The notes beneath the pieces were generated by a model, which was given only the letters and a program-made list of their open reading frames with translations, was not told where the DNA came from and made no database searches. Position numbers and translations under genes: made by a program. From assembly GCA_022572945.1 (NCBI GenBank), contig JACZUY010000001.1, positions 1 to 43,698 of the forward strand: a stretch of 43,698 nucleotides of DNA, in the 5' to 3' direction. The DNA is from Pseudomonadota bacterium. GTDB lineage: Bacteria; Pseudomonadota; Alphaproteobacteria; JAAXGF01. Below are positions 1 to 9,910 of the stretch, one piece after another; position 1 is the first letter of the stretch; each line of letters starts with the position of its first letter.

Positions 1-689
1 GGGTGCGCCGAACCCATCGGCCCCGGCGCGACGCCGGTGGCGAAGCAGATCGCCGACTGCCAATAGGTGTGTACGATGCCGGCCTCGAACAGCGAGGTGT
101 CGACCCGCTGGCCCTCGCCGGTGCGCTGGCGCTCGATGCACGCGGCGAGCACGCCCATGGCGGCGAGGATGCCCGCGGTGATGTCGGTCATCGGCGCGCC
201 GCACTTCACCGGCGGCCGGCCCGGACCCTCGCCGGTGATGCTCATCAGCCCGCTCATGCCCTGGGCGATGAGGTCGAAGCCGCCGCGATCGGCATAGGGC
301 CCGGTGCGGCCGAAGCCCGAAATCTCGCAGTAGATCAGCCCCGGGTTGGCCGCGCGCAAGGTCTCGTAGCCGAGCCCGAGGCGCTCCATCGTACCCTTGC
401 GGTAGTTCTCGATGACCACGTCGGCGTCGGCGAGCAGGCGGCGCACGACCTGCTTGCCGCCCTCGGTCTTGAGATCGACGACGACGCCGCGCTTGTTGCG
501 GTTCATGATCATGAACGAGGCCGCCTCGCCGTCGATGTCGGGCGGCACGAAGCTGCGCGTATCGTCGCCGGCGGGCGCCTTCTCCACCTTGATCACGTCG
601 GCGCCCATGTCGGCGAGCATCAGGCCGCAGCAGGGCCCGGCCATGATGTGCGCGAGTTCGATCACCTTGAGGCCCGCGAGCGGTCCCAT
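1..689 (-). CDS. Class III CoA-transferase (CaiB/BaiF family), N-terminal part; the gene runs off the left edge
   Basis: Absent from the ORF track because it is open at the window edge. The reverse complement from ATG 689 reads MGPLAGLKVIELAHIMAGPCCGLMLADMGADVIKVE...NYRKGTMERLGLGYETLRAANPGLIYCEISGFG, a typical family III CoA-transferase N-terminus. Its start lies 1 nt after the stop of the upstream crotonase gene. Confidence 0.8.
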   Translation of the reverse strand, partial: MGPLAGLKVIELAHIMAGPCCGLMLADMGADVIKVEKAPAGDDTRSFVPPDIDGEAASFMIMNRNKRGVVVDLKTEGGKQVVRRLLADADVVIENYRKGTMERLGLGYETLRAANPGLIYCEISGFGRTGPYADRGGFDLIAQGMSGLMSITGEGPGRPPVKCGAPMTDITAGILAAMGVLAACIERQRTGEGQRVDTSLFEAGIVHTYWQSAICFATGVAPGPMGSAH

Positions 690-690
690 C

Positions 691-1470
691 TCAGCGTCCG
701 GTGAAGTCCGGCTTCTTCTTTGCCAGGAACGCCTGGTAGCCGCGCCGGAAGTCGTCGGTATCGTAGCAGGCGAGCGTTTCCTCGAGTTCGGCCTCGGTGA
801 GCGGCGCGGGATCGTCGAGCCGCTTGACGAAACGCTTGTGCCAGCGGGCGACCAGCGGCGCCCCTTCGGCGATGCGGCGGGCGGTGGCGTAAGCCTCCTC
901 CTCGACCTTGCCGTCGGGGACGACGCGGTTCACCAGCCCCATCCTCAGCGCCTCGTCCGCACCGAAGATGCGCCCCTCGAGCAGGATCTCGAGCGTCGCG
1001 GCGCGGCCCACGAGCGCGATCAGGCCGCGAAGCTCCTCATAGCCCACGACCAGCCCGAGGCGCTTGATCGGCACCCCGAAGCTGCTCGATTCGCCGCAGA
1101 TCCGCATGTCGCAGAACGCCGCCACTTCGAGCCCGCCGCCGACGCAGGCGCCCTCGATGAGCGCGAGCGTCGGGTGCCGGCAGGCCTCGATCGAGGCAAT
1201 CGCACGCCCGACCTCGGCGGCGTACACGCCCGCCCGCTCGCGGTTCGCCCGCTCGGTCTCGAATTCGCCGATGTCGGCGCCGGCGGCGAACGCCTTCCCG
1301 CCGGCGCCGCGCAGCACGACGCAGCGCAGGTCGTCATCGGCCGAGAGCGACTCGATGATTTCGCCGAGGCGGCGCCACATCGCCCGGGTCAGCGCGTTGA
1401 GCTTTTCGGGGCGGTTGAGGACGACGGTGGCGATCGCGCCGTCGCGCTCGACCAGGATGGATTCGGTCAT
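691..1470 (-). CDS. Enoyl-CoA hydratase/isomerase (crotonase family)
   Basis: ORF 691..1548, trimmed to the internal ATG at 1470 (MTESILVERDGAIATVVLNRPEKLNAL...FAAGADI...). This is a classic crotonase-fold N-terminus and oxyanion-hole region. Confidence 0.85.
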   Translation of the reverse strand: MTESILVERDGAIATVVLNRPEKLNALTRAMWRRLGEIIESLSADDDLRCVVLRGAGGKAFAAGADIGEFETERANRERAGVYAAEVGRAIASIEACRHPTLALIEGACVGGGLEVAAFCDMRICGESSSFGVPIKRLGLVVGYEELRGLIALVGRAATLEILLEGRIFGADEALRMGLVNRVVPDGKVEEEAYATARRIAEGAPLVARWHKRFVKRLDDPAPLTEAELEETLACYDTDDFRRGYQAFLAKKKPDFTGR

Positions 1471-1516
1471 CGGCTCAACCCCCGTAAACTGCTCGACAAA
1501 TCGACGAAACTGTGTG

Positions 1517-2728
1517 CTACGCGCTGCCTTCGGAAACCCGGCGTCCATCGGATTGGCCGGATCGCGCCTCCGCGAGATACGACAACGCCGCCGATACGCC
1601 GCCCGCCTGGTGCGGAACGCCGGCGAGCGCCAGCCCCATCTCGACGCCGCTCAAGGTTCCCGCGAGGCTGAGGTCGTTGAGGTCGCCGAGATGGCCGATG
1701 CGAAAGACGCGCCCCTTCACCCGCCCGAGGCCGGTCCCGAGCGACATGTTGAAGCGCTCGAGAACGACCCCGCGGAAGGCGTCGGCGTCGTGGCCCTCGG
1801 GCATCAGGATCGCGGTGAGCGAGCTCGAATACTCCGCCGGGTTGACGCACAGCAGCTCGAGGCCCCAGGCGCGCACCGCCCGCCGGGTCGCCTCGGCGTG
1901 GCGGTCATGGCGCGCGAAGACGTTGTCGAGCCCTTCCTCGTCGAGCATCCGGAGCGCTTCGCGCAGTCCGTAGAGCAGGTTGGTCGCCGGGGTGTAGGGG
2001 AAGAAGCCGGCGGCGTTGTTTTCGAGCATCGGCCGCCAGTCCCAGTACGAGCGGGCGAGGCGCGCGCCCTCGGACGCCGCCAGCGCCTTTTCGCTGACCG
2101 CGTTGAAGCCCAGGCCCGGCGGCAGCATCAGCCCCTTCTGCGAGCAGCCCACGGTGACGTCGACGCCCCATTCGTCCATGCGGTAGTCGATCGAGGCGAG
2201 CGAGGAGATCGTATCGACGAGCAGCAGCGCCGGATGACCGGCGCGGTCGATGGCGCGGCGCACCTCGCCGATCCGGCTGGTGACTCCGGTCGAGGTCTCG
2301 TTGTGCACCACCGCGACCGCCTTGATGGCGTGATCGCGGTCCTCGGCGAGGCGGCTTTCCACCACCTCGGCGTTGACGCCCGAGCGCCAGTCGCCGCTCA
2401 CCATCGCGACGTCGAGCCCGAGGCGCGACGCCATGTCGCGCCAAAGCGTCGCGAAATGGCCGGTCTCGAACATCATGACCCGGTCGCCGGGAGACAACGT
2501 GTTGCTCAGCGCCGCCTCCCACGCGCCGGTGCCCGAGCTCGGGTAGATCAGCACCGGGCCGGCGGTCTTGAACACCGCCTTCAGGCCGTCGAGCAGCGCG
2601 CGGACGAGCCGCGCGAAATCGGCGCCGCGATGGTCGATCGTCGGCGCCGCCATGGCGCGCAGGATCCGCTCCGGCACGTTGGTCGGGCCGGGGATCTGAA
2701 GGAAATGTCGTCCACTCGGATAGGTCAT
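1517..2728 (-). CDS. Class V aminotransferase, serine-glyoxylate / alanine-glyoxylate aminotransferase type
   Basis: 403-aa ORF. It has GRHFLQIPGPTNVPERILRAM at the N-terminus and the SQKGL PLP-lysine motif. It resembles methylotroph SgaA. Confidence 0.85.
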   Translation of the reverse strand: MTYPSGRHFLQIPGPTNVPERILRAMAAPTIDHRGADFARLVRALLDGLKAVFKTAGPVLIYPSSGTGAWEAALSNTLSPGDRVMMFETGHFATLWRDMASRLGLDVAMVSGDWRSGVNAEVVESRLAEDRDHAIKAVAVVHNETSTGVTSRIGEVRRAIDRAGHPALLLVDTISSLASIDYRMDEWGVDVTVGCSQKGLMLPPGLGFNAVSEKALAASEGARLARSYWDWRPMLENNAAGFFPYTPATNLLYGLREALRMLDEEGLDNVFARHDRHAEATRRAVRAWGLELLCVNPAEYSSSLTAILMPEGHDADAFRGVVLERFNMSLGTGLGRVKGRVFRIGHLGDLNDLSLAGTLSGVEMGLALAGVPHQAGGVSAALSYLAEARSGQSDGRRVSEGSA

Positions 2729-2864
2729 GGCGGCACGGGGCTTCGGTCCGGAATGTCGGTCGGCGTATTCGACCCCGGAGGCCGGGCCGAGTTCAAGCTG
2801 AATTTTGGCTCGGGAATGTTATCATCGGCGCCCGCGACAACCCTGTGGCCGACACATTCGTTCC

Positions 2865-5783
2865 ATGAGCTTCACCGCAGCCTCCCCGAAACACGCCGGC
2901 GCTCGGCCCGGCGACGGCGCGCTCGCCGCGCGCCTCGCGCGCGAGCTCGAGGGCGAGGTGCTGTTCGACGCCTTCAGCCGCGGGCGCTACTCGACCGACG
3001 CCTCGATCTATCAGATCGAGCCGATCGGCGTGGTGGTGGCGAAAAGCGAGGAGGACATCGTCCGCGCCGTGCAGATCGCCGGCGAGGAGGGCGTGCCCGT
3101 GCTGCCGCGCGGGGCGGGCACGTCGCAGTGCGGCCAAACGGTGGGCGAGGCGTTGGTCGTCGACGTGAGCAAGCACCTCGATCACGTCCTCGACTTCGAC
3201 GCCGAGGCGCGCACGGTGACGGTCGAGCCCGGCGTCGTGCTCGACCGGCTCAACCGCTGGCTCGCGCCGCACGGGCTGTTCTTTCCGGTCGACGTCTCGC
3301 CCGCGAACCGGGCCACCATCGGCGGCATGGCGGGCAACAACAGTTGCGGCGCGCGCTCGATCCGCTACGGCAACATGGTGCACAACGTGCGCGCCATCGA
3401 CGCCGTGCTCGCGGGCGGCGAGAGCTTCCGCTTCGCCGAGGTGCCGGGCGATCTCGACGGGTTCGACGGCGACGGCGCCTACATCGAGCTCGTCAGGCAG
3501 ATGCGCGCGCTGGCGCAGCGCGAGGGCGGCGAGATCGTACGCCGCTTCCCCAAGCTGTTGCGCCGGGTGGGCGGCTACAACATCGACACCATCGACGCCG
3601 GCGGCCACAACATGGCGCACCTGCTCGTCGGCTCGGAAGGGACGCTCGGCTTCTTCCGCCGGATCACCCTCGACCTCGAGCCGATCCCGCCGCACACGGC
3701 GCTCGGGGTGTGCCATTTCCCCAGCTTCCGGCGGGCGATGGAAGCGGTGAAGCAGATCGTCGCGCTCGACCCTTCGGCGGTCGAGCTGGTCGACCCGACC
3801 ATGGTCCGGCTGGCGCGCGAGATCGATGAGTTCCGCCCCACCGTCGACCGCTTCGTCCGGGGCGAGCCGGCGGCGCTCCTGCTGGTCGAATTCGCCGGCG
3901 ACGACGAGGCCGAACAGCTCGGCGGCCTGGCGAAACTCGTAACGCTGATAGCCGACCTCGGCCTTCCCGGCACGGTGGTCGAGGTCACCGATCGCGGGTT
4001 CCAGCGGGCGATCTGGGAGGTGCGCAAGGCGGGGCTCAACATCCTCATGTCGATGAAGGGGGACGGCAAGCCGATCTCGTTCATCGAGGACTGCGCGGTG
4101 TCGCTCGACGATCTTCCCGATTACACCGAGCGCCTCGACGCCATCTTCCGCAAGCACGGCGCCCACGGCACCTGGTACGCGCACGCCTCGGTCGGCACGC
4201 TGCACGTGCGGCCGGTGCTCAACATGAAGGACGGGGGCGACGTGAAGAAGATGCGCGCCATCGCCGAAGAGGCGTTCGCCATGGTGCGCGAGTACAAGGG
4301 GTCGCACTCGGGCGAGCACGGCGACGGCATCGTCCGCTCGGAGTTCCACCGGGCGATGTTCGGCGAACGCCTGGCGCGCGCGTTCGAGGACATCAAGGAC
4401 GCCTTCGACGCCGACGGCCTGTTCAACCCCGGCAAGATCGTCCGGCCCTACCGCATGGACGACCGCGCGCTGTTCCGCTTCAAGCCCGGCTACGCGGTCG
4501 AGGATATCGACACCGCGCTCGACTGGTCGGCGTGGGGCGGCTTCGGCGGCGCCGTCGAGATGTGCAACAACAACGGCGCCTGCCGCAAACGGGACGCGGG
4601 CGTGATGTGCCCGTCGTACCGCGCCACCGGCGACGAGCGCCACCTCACCCGCGGCCGCGCGAACTCGCTCAGGCTGGCGATCAGCGGGCAGCTCGGCGCG
4701 GACGCCTTCACCTCCGACGAGATGTACGACACGCTGGCGCTCTGCGTCGGCTGCAAGGGCTGCCAGCGCGAATGCCCCACCGGGGTCGACATGGCGCGGA
4801 TGAAGATCGAGTTCCTGCATCACTACCGCAAGCGCCATGGCCTGCCGCTGCGCGACCGCATCGTCGCGTATCTGCCGCGCTACGCCCCCTGGGCGGCGCG
4901 CCTTCGCGGGGTGATGAACCTGCGCGACCGGGTTCCGGGACTCGCGGCCTTGAGCGAGAGCCTGCTCGGCTTCAGCGCGCGGCGGCCGCTCCCCGAATGG
5001 CGCGGCGACGTGTTCCGCCCGTCCGCGGGCGCGGGCGAGGGGCCCGAGGTCGCCTTGTTCGTCGATACTTTCAACACTTACTTCGAGCCCGAGAACGCCC
5101 GCGCCGCGGTCGCCGTGCTCGAAGCCGCCGGCTTCACCGTGCGCGTGCCCCGGGCGGCGGATGGCGGGCGGCCGCTGTGCTGTGGCCGCACGTTCCTGTC
5201 GGCGGGGCTGGTGGACGAGGCGAAAGCCGAGGCGCGGCGCACGCTCGACGCGCTCGGCGACTATGTCGCGCGCGGCGTGCCGGTGGTCGGGCTCGAGCCG
5301 TCGTGTCTCGGAACCTTGCGCGACGAGTTCGCCGCGATGCTGCCGGGCGAGGCCGATTCGCTGGCGCAGCACGCCATGCTTTTCGAGGAGTTCCTCGCCC
5401 GCGAGGCCGGGCGCAACGGGCTCGATCTGCGCCTCAAGCCGCTCGCCGCGGACCGGGCGCTGGTGCACGGCCATTGCCATCAGAAGGCGTCCGGCGGCTT
5501 CGCCGCGGTGAAGCAGGTGCTGCAGATGATTCCCGACCTCGAGGTCGAGACCATCGACTCGAGCTGTTGCGGTGTGGCCGGCGCGTTCGGCTACGAGGCC
5601 GAGCATTACGACGTGTCGATGAAGATGGGGGAGCTGAGCCTGCTTCCCGCGGTGCGCGCCGCCGGCGCCGACACGCTGCTGGTCGCCGACGGGGTGAGCT
5701 GCCGCCGCCAGATCCACGACGGCGCCGGTCGCCAGGCGCTGCATTGCGCCCGCGTGCTCGAAATGGCGCTGGCGTCGAAATAA
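2865..5783 (+). CDS. FAD-linked oxidase fused to Fe-S / CCG domains (YdiJ-like, possible D-2-hydroxyacid dehydrogenase)
   Basis: ORF 2805..5783, start trimmed to ATG 2865. The N-terminal half is a FAD-binding PCMH-type domain (PRGAGTS...). It is followed by two Cys clusters (CNNNGACRKRDAGVMCP; CVGCKGCQRECP) and a C-terminal cysteine-rich, GlcF-like region. Confidence 0.85.
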   Translation: MSFTAASPKHAGARPGDGALAARLARELEGEVLFDAFSRGRYSTDASIYQIEPIGVVVAKSEEDIVRAVQIAGEEGVPVLPRGAGTSQCGQTVGEALVVDVSKHLDHVLDFDAEARTVTVEPGVVLDRLNRWLAPHGLFFPVDVSPANRATIGGMAGNNSCGARSIRYGNMVHNVRAIDAVLAGGESFRFAEVPGDLDGFDGDGAYIELVRQMRALAQREGGEIVRRFPKLLRRVGGYNIDTIDAGGHNMAHLLVGSEGTLGFFRRITLDLEPIPPHTALGVCHFPSFRRAMEAVKQIVALDPSAVELVDPTMVRLAREIDEFRPTVDRFVRGEPAALLLVEFAGDDEAEQLGGLAKLVTLIADLGLPGTVVEVTDRGFQRAIWEVRKAGLNILMSMKGDGKPISFIEDCAVSLDDLPDYTERLDAIFRKHGAHGTWYAHASVGTLHVRPVLNMKDGGDVKKMRAIAEEAFAMVREYKGSHSGEHGDGIVRSEFHRAMFGERLARAFEDIKDAFDADGLFNPGKIVRPYRMDDRALFRFKPGYAVEDIDTALDWSAWGGFGGAVEMCNNNGACRKRDAGVMCPSYRATGDERHLTRGRANSLRLAISGQLGADAFTSDEMYDTLALCVGCKGCQRECPTGVDMARMKIEFLHHYRKRHGLPLRDRIVAYLPRYAPWAARLRGVMNLRDRVPGLAALSESLLGFSARRPLPEWRGDVFRPSAGAGEGPEVALFVDTFNTYFEPENARAAVAVLEAAGFTVRVPRAADGGRPLCCGRTFLSAGLVDEAKAEARRTLDALGDYVARGVPVVGLEPSCLGTLRDEFAAMLPGEADSLAQHAMLFEEFLAREAGRNGLDLRLKPLAADRALVHGHCHQKASGGFAAVKQVLQMIPDLEVETIDSSCCGVAGAFGYEAEHYDVSMKMGELSLLPAVRAAGADTLLVADGVSCRRQIHDGAGRQALHCARVLEMALASK

Positions 5784-5943
5784 CCGCACCGCGCGCGGGT
5801 GGTCGCTGAACCGCTCCATGATCCCAACAACGAGAGGCTGTGGGCGTAACCGGGCCGCGTCGCCGGTATCCGGCTTGCGTTCTTCAAATTTTCGGCGGTT
5901 AGGCTAAACTCCGCACCACTCGAGGGCGGGGACGCCCAAACCT

Positions 5944-7143
5944 TTGGTGAGGACAGTGGCGAGCGATTTGAAGAGCCGCGTCTACAATCTGCTCGAGGGC
6001 TCCTGGCAAAAGGAGGCCGGGGGAAAGGCGGTCAATTTCTTCCTTTTGAGCCTTATAGGGCTCAACGTTCTGGCCGTCATATTCGAGTCGATCGAGGACA
6101 TCGGGCGCCGTTTCGAAGCGCCCTTCGGACTTTTCGAGATCTTCTCGGTGGCGGTGTTCAGCGTCGAGTACGTGCTGCGTATGTGGGCGTGCACGGCGGA
6201 CCCCAGCAGGCGCTATGAGCAACCCATCGCCGGGCGCCTGCGTTATGCCGCCACGCCGATGGCGGTGATCGACTTTCTCGCCATCGCGCCGTTCTATCTT
6301 TCGATTCTGTTCGCCATCGACCTCCGCTTCCTCAGGGTGTTCCGGTTGCTGCGGCTGTTGAAGCTCACGCGCTACTCGCCGGCGTTCGAAACGCTCGGCG
6401 CCGTCGTCTACAACGAACGCCGCGCGCTGGGCAGCGCCTTTCTGTTCATGCTGATCATGCTGGTGTTCGCCTCCAGCCTCATGCACGTGATCGAGAAGAC
6501 GGCGCAGCCCGAGGCGTTCGGTAGTATTCCGGCGGCGATGTGGTGGGGCATGGCGACGCTTTCCACCGTGGGGTATGGAGACGTGACGCCGATCACGCCG
6601 CTCGGCAAGCTGCTCGGCGGGCTGGTCACGATTTTCGGCATCGGGACGTTCGCGCTGCCCGCCGGAATTCTCGCCTCGGGCTTCGCCCAGGAAATCAAGA
6701 AGCGCGATTTCATCGTCTCCTGGACCATGGTGGCCGGCGTGCCGTTGTTCGCCCGGCTGACCGCGGTCGAGATATCCGAGGTCGCGACGCTGCTCAGGCC
6801 GCGCACGGCCATTCCCGGCGAAGTCATTGTGCGCAAGGGAGAACCGGGAGACGCGATGTATTTCGTCGCCTCCGGCCGCCTCCAGGTCCTCTTGAACCCG
6901 CAGCCGGTACAGCTCAAGAGCGGCGACTTCTTCGGCGAGATCGCGCTGATCCGCGTCGGCCCGCGCACGGCCGACGTGGTGGCGATGAGCAGTTGTCAAC
7001 TTCTGGTCCTGAACTCCGCGGATTTCTACGATCTGCTGGACGAAAATCCGGCGCTTGGCGAGACCATTCGGCGCATCGCCGAACAGCGGCTTCAAGATAT
7101 GGGTCCGTCTCAACCATCGGGGACCGGCGACGACGCGGCGTGA
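5944..7143 (+). CDS. Cyclic-nucleotide-regulated, voltage-sensor-containing K+ channel (MloK1-like)
   Basis: It has an S4-like segment RFLRVFRLLRLLKLTRY and the selectivity filter TVGYGD. The C-terminal cNMP-binding domain reads GDAMYFV...GDFFGEIAL...RTADVVA. The start is TTG 5944, with a nearby GTG as an alternative. Confidence 0.85.
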   Translation: MVRTVASDLKSRVYNLLEGSWQKEAGGKAVNFFLLSLIGLNVLAVIFESIEDIGRRFEAPFGLFEIFSVAVFSVEYVLRMWACTADPSRRYEQPIAGRLRYAATPMAVIDFLAIAPFYLSILFAIDLRFLRVFRLLRLLKLTRYSPAFETLGAVVYNERRALGSAFLFMLIMLVFASSLMHVIEKTAQPEAFGSIPAAMWWGMATLSTVGYGDVTPITPLGKLLGGLVTIFGIGTFALPAGILASGFAQEIKKRDFIVSWTMVAGVPLFARLTAVEISEVATLLRPRTAIPGEVIVRKGEPGDAMYFVASGRLQVLLNPQPVQLKSGDFFGEIALIRVGPRTADVVAMSSCQLLVLNSADFYDLLDENPALGETIRRIAEQRLQDMGPSQPSGTGDDAA

Positions 7144-7237
7144 CGCCAGCCCGCGCCCCCTTTGATCGCAATAAATGCGGGCCGCCGCCTATGCGGCGGA
7201 AGCCTGCGTGGCGAATGAACACAGTTCACTTTGATGT
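7144..7237 (+). repeat. Dispersed intergenic repeat, subfamily 1, copy A
   Basis: The sequence is cgccagcccgcgccccCTTTGATCGCAATAAatgcgggCCGCCGCctatGCGGCGGaagcctgcgtggcgaatgaacacagttcac. It is nearly identical to the reverse complement of 23245..23342 and related to 8169..8243. It starts directly after the K+-channel stop codon. Confidence 0.8.
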
Positions 7238-7259
7238 GAAAAGGTGAACGAATAAAGCT

Positions 7260-7976
7260 CTATTGCTGCCGGTTCGAATGAGCCGGCTCATGCCTGGCGA
7301 GCCAGGAATCGATGAAGCCGTCGAGCCAGCGGTGCATCTCAGGCCCGTGGCGGGCGTGGCCGGCGAGCTGGCCCCCGGGCGGCTGCGCCCCGGGAGAGCC
7401 AAGCTTGTGGGCGGCCGCCTTCATCCAAAATTCGAGAATGTCGCGCTGCATTTCGGGGTGGAACTGGACCCCGTACGCCGCCTCGCCGTAACGGTACGCC
7501 TGGGCGTGAAACGTGTCGCCGGTGGCGAGCAGCTCCGCGCCTTCCGGAAGCTCGAAGCCCTCGCCGTGCCAATGAAAGACGTGCAGTGGGTCGGCCAGAA
7601 ACCCGTCCGCAAGCGGCGTCGGGGCGATCCGGTAGTAGCCGATCTCGTGCAGTCCCTCGGGGTGCGGCGCCACCGCCGCGCCGAGGCAGCGGGCGAGCAT
7701 CTGCGCCCCGAGACAGATGCCGAAGAACGGCGTGCCCGCATCGAGCACCTTCGGGATCCAGTCGAGCTCCCGGCGGACGAAGTCGAGATTGTCGTCGTTG
7801 GCGCTCATCGGCCCGCCGAAGATCACCACGCCGGCGTGATCGGCGGGATCGGGCAGCGGCTCGCCTGCCCGCGGACAGCATGTCTCGATGCGCCAGCCCT
7901 TCGCTTCCAACGCCTCGGCCACCTGGCCCGGACGCGAATGCCGGTTGTGGACGACGCAGAGAACGCTCTTGCTCAT
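7260..7976 (-). CDS. Class I glutamine amidotransferase (GuaA-GATase-like, stand-alone)
   Basis: 238-aa ORF. The nucleophile-elbow motif is FGICLGAQ. HWHGEGFELP and FHPE motifs are also present. Confidence 0.8.
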   Translation of the reverse strand: MSKSVLCVVHNRHSRPGQVAEALEAKGWRIETCCPRAGEPLPDPADHAGVVIFGGPMSANDDNLDFVRRELDWIPKVLDAGTPFFGICLGAQMLARCLGAAVAPHPEGLHEIGYYRIAPTPLADGFLADPLHVFHWHGEGFELPEGAELLATGDTFHAQAYRYGEAAYGVQFHPEMQRDILEFWMKAAAHKLGSPGAQPPGGQLAGHARHGPEMHRWLDGFIDSWLARHEPAHSNRQQ

Positions 7977-8131
7977 CGGCGCGACACCCCCGGCTCGGGC
8001 GCCCCGCGGGGGGCGATGGGTATCGCCTTGCCGGCGCGGTCGGGTGGTGTGACGGGTTCAACCATGCGCGCGTCCAATAGGGTTTCCCAGTATAGAAGCC
8101 GCCTCGCGCGGGCGGCAAGCCGCGACTCATA

Positions 8132-8270
8132 CCAGCGGTCATTATGATTGACTCATAATGACCGCTGGCAAGCGCGCCAGCTTTGATCGCAATAATTGGG
8201 CGCCGCCGCGAATGCGGCGTAAGGCTGCGTGCCGATTGAACGCCCATCGGTCATTCTTGATGACCGATGG
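8132..8270 (+). repeat. Dispersed intergenic repeat, subfamily 1, copy B, flanked by two perfect hairpins
   Basis: The first hairpin is at 8132..8168 (CCAGCGGTCATTATGA-ttgac-TCATAATGACCGCTGG, 16-bp perfect stem). The core is at 8169..8243, with the CTTTGATCGCAATAA box and a GCCGC-gaat-GCGGC hairpin. The second hairpin is at 8244..8270 (CCATCGGTCAT-tcttg-ATGACCGATGG) and ends about 10 nt downstream of the ilvA-like stop. Confidence 0.8.
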
Positions 8271-8279
8271 TATCGCGGC

Positions 8280-9509
8280 TCACATCGGGCTCACGGTGGC
8301 CTCGCGCCCCAGAAGCGTGCAGCGGAATCCGCCCGCCGTGAGCTTGGCCATGATGTCGCGCACGTGCTCGGCGTCGCGCGTCTCGATCACGACGTCGAGG
8401 TCGGCGTTCTTCGCCGGCTGCCCGGAGAAAGCGCGCTGGTGGTAGACCTCGATGATGTTGGCGTCGGCGTCGCCGATGACCTTGGTGATGCGCGCGAGCG
8501 TGCCCGGCGTGTCGGCGATCTCGATGCGCATGCGCACGATGCGGCCGTCGCGCACCAGCCCGCGCAATATCACCGAGGACAACAGGCGCATGTCGATGTT
8601 GCCGCCGCTGACGATGAGTCCGACGCGGCGGCCGGCGAAGCGGTCGCGATGGCCGAGCAGCGCGGCGAGGGCGGCGGCGCCGGCGCCTTCGGCCACCGTC
8701 TTCTCGACTTCGAGCAAGAGCTGCACGCCGTACTCGAGGTCCTCTTCGCTCACCACCATCACCTCGTCGACGAGGCTTTCGACGATCGGCCGGGTCAGCG
8801 CGCCGACGGTCTTGACCGCGATGCCCTCGGCGATCGTCCGCCCGCCCGTCTTGGAAGGGAGATCGTTGATCGCCTGGTACATCGACGGATAGAGCGCCGC
8901 CTCGACGCCGAATACCTCGATCTCGGGCTTGAGCCCCTTGGCGGCGATGGCGTTGCCCGCGATCAGTCCACCGCCGCCGATCGGCACGATCAGGACATCC
9001 ATTTCGGGGTACGCCTCGAGCATCTCCACGGCCGCGGTGCCCTGGCCGGCGATGATCTTTTCATCGTCGTAGGGGTGGACGAAGACGAGCTTTTCCTCCT
9101 CGGCCATCGCGCGCGCGCGGATCGCCGCCTCGTCGACGGTCTCGCCCTCGAACACGACGCGCGCGCCGAAGCGCAGGGTGTTCTGCGCCTTCACCTGGGG
9201 CATGCCCTCGGGCATGACGATCGTCGCGGCGATGCCCAGGCGTTGGGCGTGGTAGGCGACTGCTTGCGCGTGATTGCCCGCCGACATGGCGATCACGCCG
9301 GCGGCCATCTCGCCGGGCGTCAGCGACTTGAGCTTGACCAGCGCGCCGCGGTCCTTGAACGACCCGGTGAACTGCAGGTTCTCGAACTTGAGGACGACTT
9401 CCGCGCCGGTGATCTCCGACAGCGTGCGCGAGTGCGTCGTCGGGGTCTTGACGACCTCTCCCTCGATCGCGGCGGCGGCCGCCTTGATGTCGTCCAATGT
9501 CACCGTCAT
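8280..9509 (-). CDS. ilvA: Threonine ammonia-lyase (threonine dehydratase) with one C-terminal ACT-like regulatory domain
   Basis: ORF 8280..9698, trimmed to ATG 9509 (MTVTLDDIKAAAAAIEG...KFENLQFTGSFKDRGA...). It has the PLP-lysine motif SFKDRG and the glycine loop GGGGL. Confidence 0.85.
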   Translation of the reverse strand: MTVTLDDIKAAAAAIEGEVVKTPTTHSRTLSEITGAEVVLKFENLQFTGSFKDRGALVKLKSLTPGEMAAGVIAMSAGNHAQAVAYHAQRLGIAATIVMPEGMPQVKAQNTLRFGARVVFEGETVDEAAIRARAMAEEEKLVFVHPYDDEKIIAGQGTAAVEMLEAYPEMDVLIVPIGGGGLIAGNAIAAKGLKPEIEVFGVEAALYPSMYQAINDLPSKTGGRTIAEGIAVKTVGALTRPIVESLVDEVMVVSEEDLEYGVQLLLEVEKTVAEGAGAAALAALLGHRDRFAGRRVGLIVSGGNIDMRLLSSVILRGLVRDGRIVRMRIEIADTPGTLARITKVIGDADANIIEVYHQRAFSGQPAKNADLDVVIETRDAEHVRDIMAKLTAGGFRCTLLGREATVSPM

Positions 9510-9625
9510 GGCGATCGCGCCCCTGCGGCGGATTCGGCCGGTTGCGGCGCTATCTTGCGCAATCCGGTGGCGCCATTGCAAGGACCGAGCGCGGCCGCAA
9601 GCCGCGCAGGTCGCACAGCAAACCA

Positions 9626-9822
9626 GCCAGGAAGAAGGCCGCGCGTCGCTAGCTGAGCTGACGGAAGGGCCGAGCACTGGGCTCGTCCTTCGACGCACTC
9701 AGGATGAGATCCTCATGTTGAGCATGTCGAAACATGAGGGCCTCGGACGGGACACCCGCGCTCTCGACGGTTACGGCTGTTGGCGCAAGGCCCTCGGTGC
9801 GGAACAATTGGCGCGGCCCGGG
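9626..9822 (+). repeat. Roughly 200-bp structured repeat, copy F1 (left flank of the AT-rich islet)
   Basis: It aligns along its whole length with 11791..12008 in the same orientation. Shared blocks include gccaggaagaaggccgcgc, ctc(g/a)tccttcgac..actcaggatgag, ctcatg.tgagcatgt...aacatgagggcctcggacg.gacacccgcg and ggctgttggcgcaag.ccctcg.tgcgga. Confidence 0.8.
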
Positions 9823-9910
9823 CTAAAAGCCTGTTTTGAAAGTCTGACACGGTTGCGATGGGGCAGGATTGGGTCAGATGCCAGGTAGGTGCCGCCGAAC
9901 AATCCGCAGG

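Noticed and set aside
3-704. 233-aa plus-strand ORF at the left edge
   Set aside because: It is antisense to a clear CaiB/BaiF CoA-transferase reading frame that is open to the window edge. Its composition is biased.
1064-3829. 921-aa ORF on the plus strand
   Set aside because: It overlaps three well-supported genes (crotonase, aminotransferase, FAD oxidase) in wrong frames or on the wrong strand. It is extremely Arg/Ala-rich.
2793-5819. 1008-aa ORF on the minus strand
   Set aside because: It is antisense to the well-supported FAD/Fe-S oxidoreductase gene. The translation is Arg/Ala/Gly/His-rich low complexity with no motifs. This is a typical overprinted frame in high-GC DNA.
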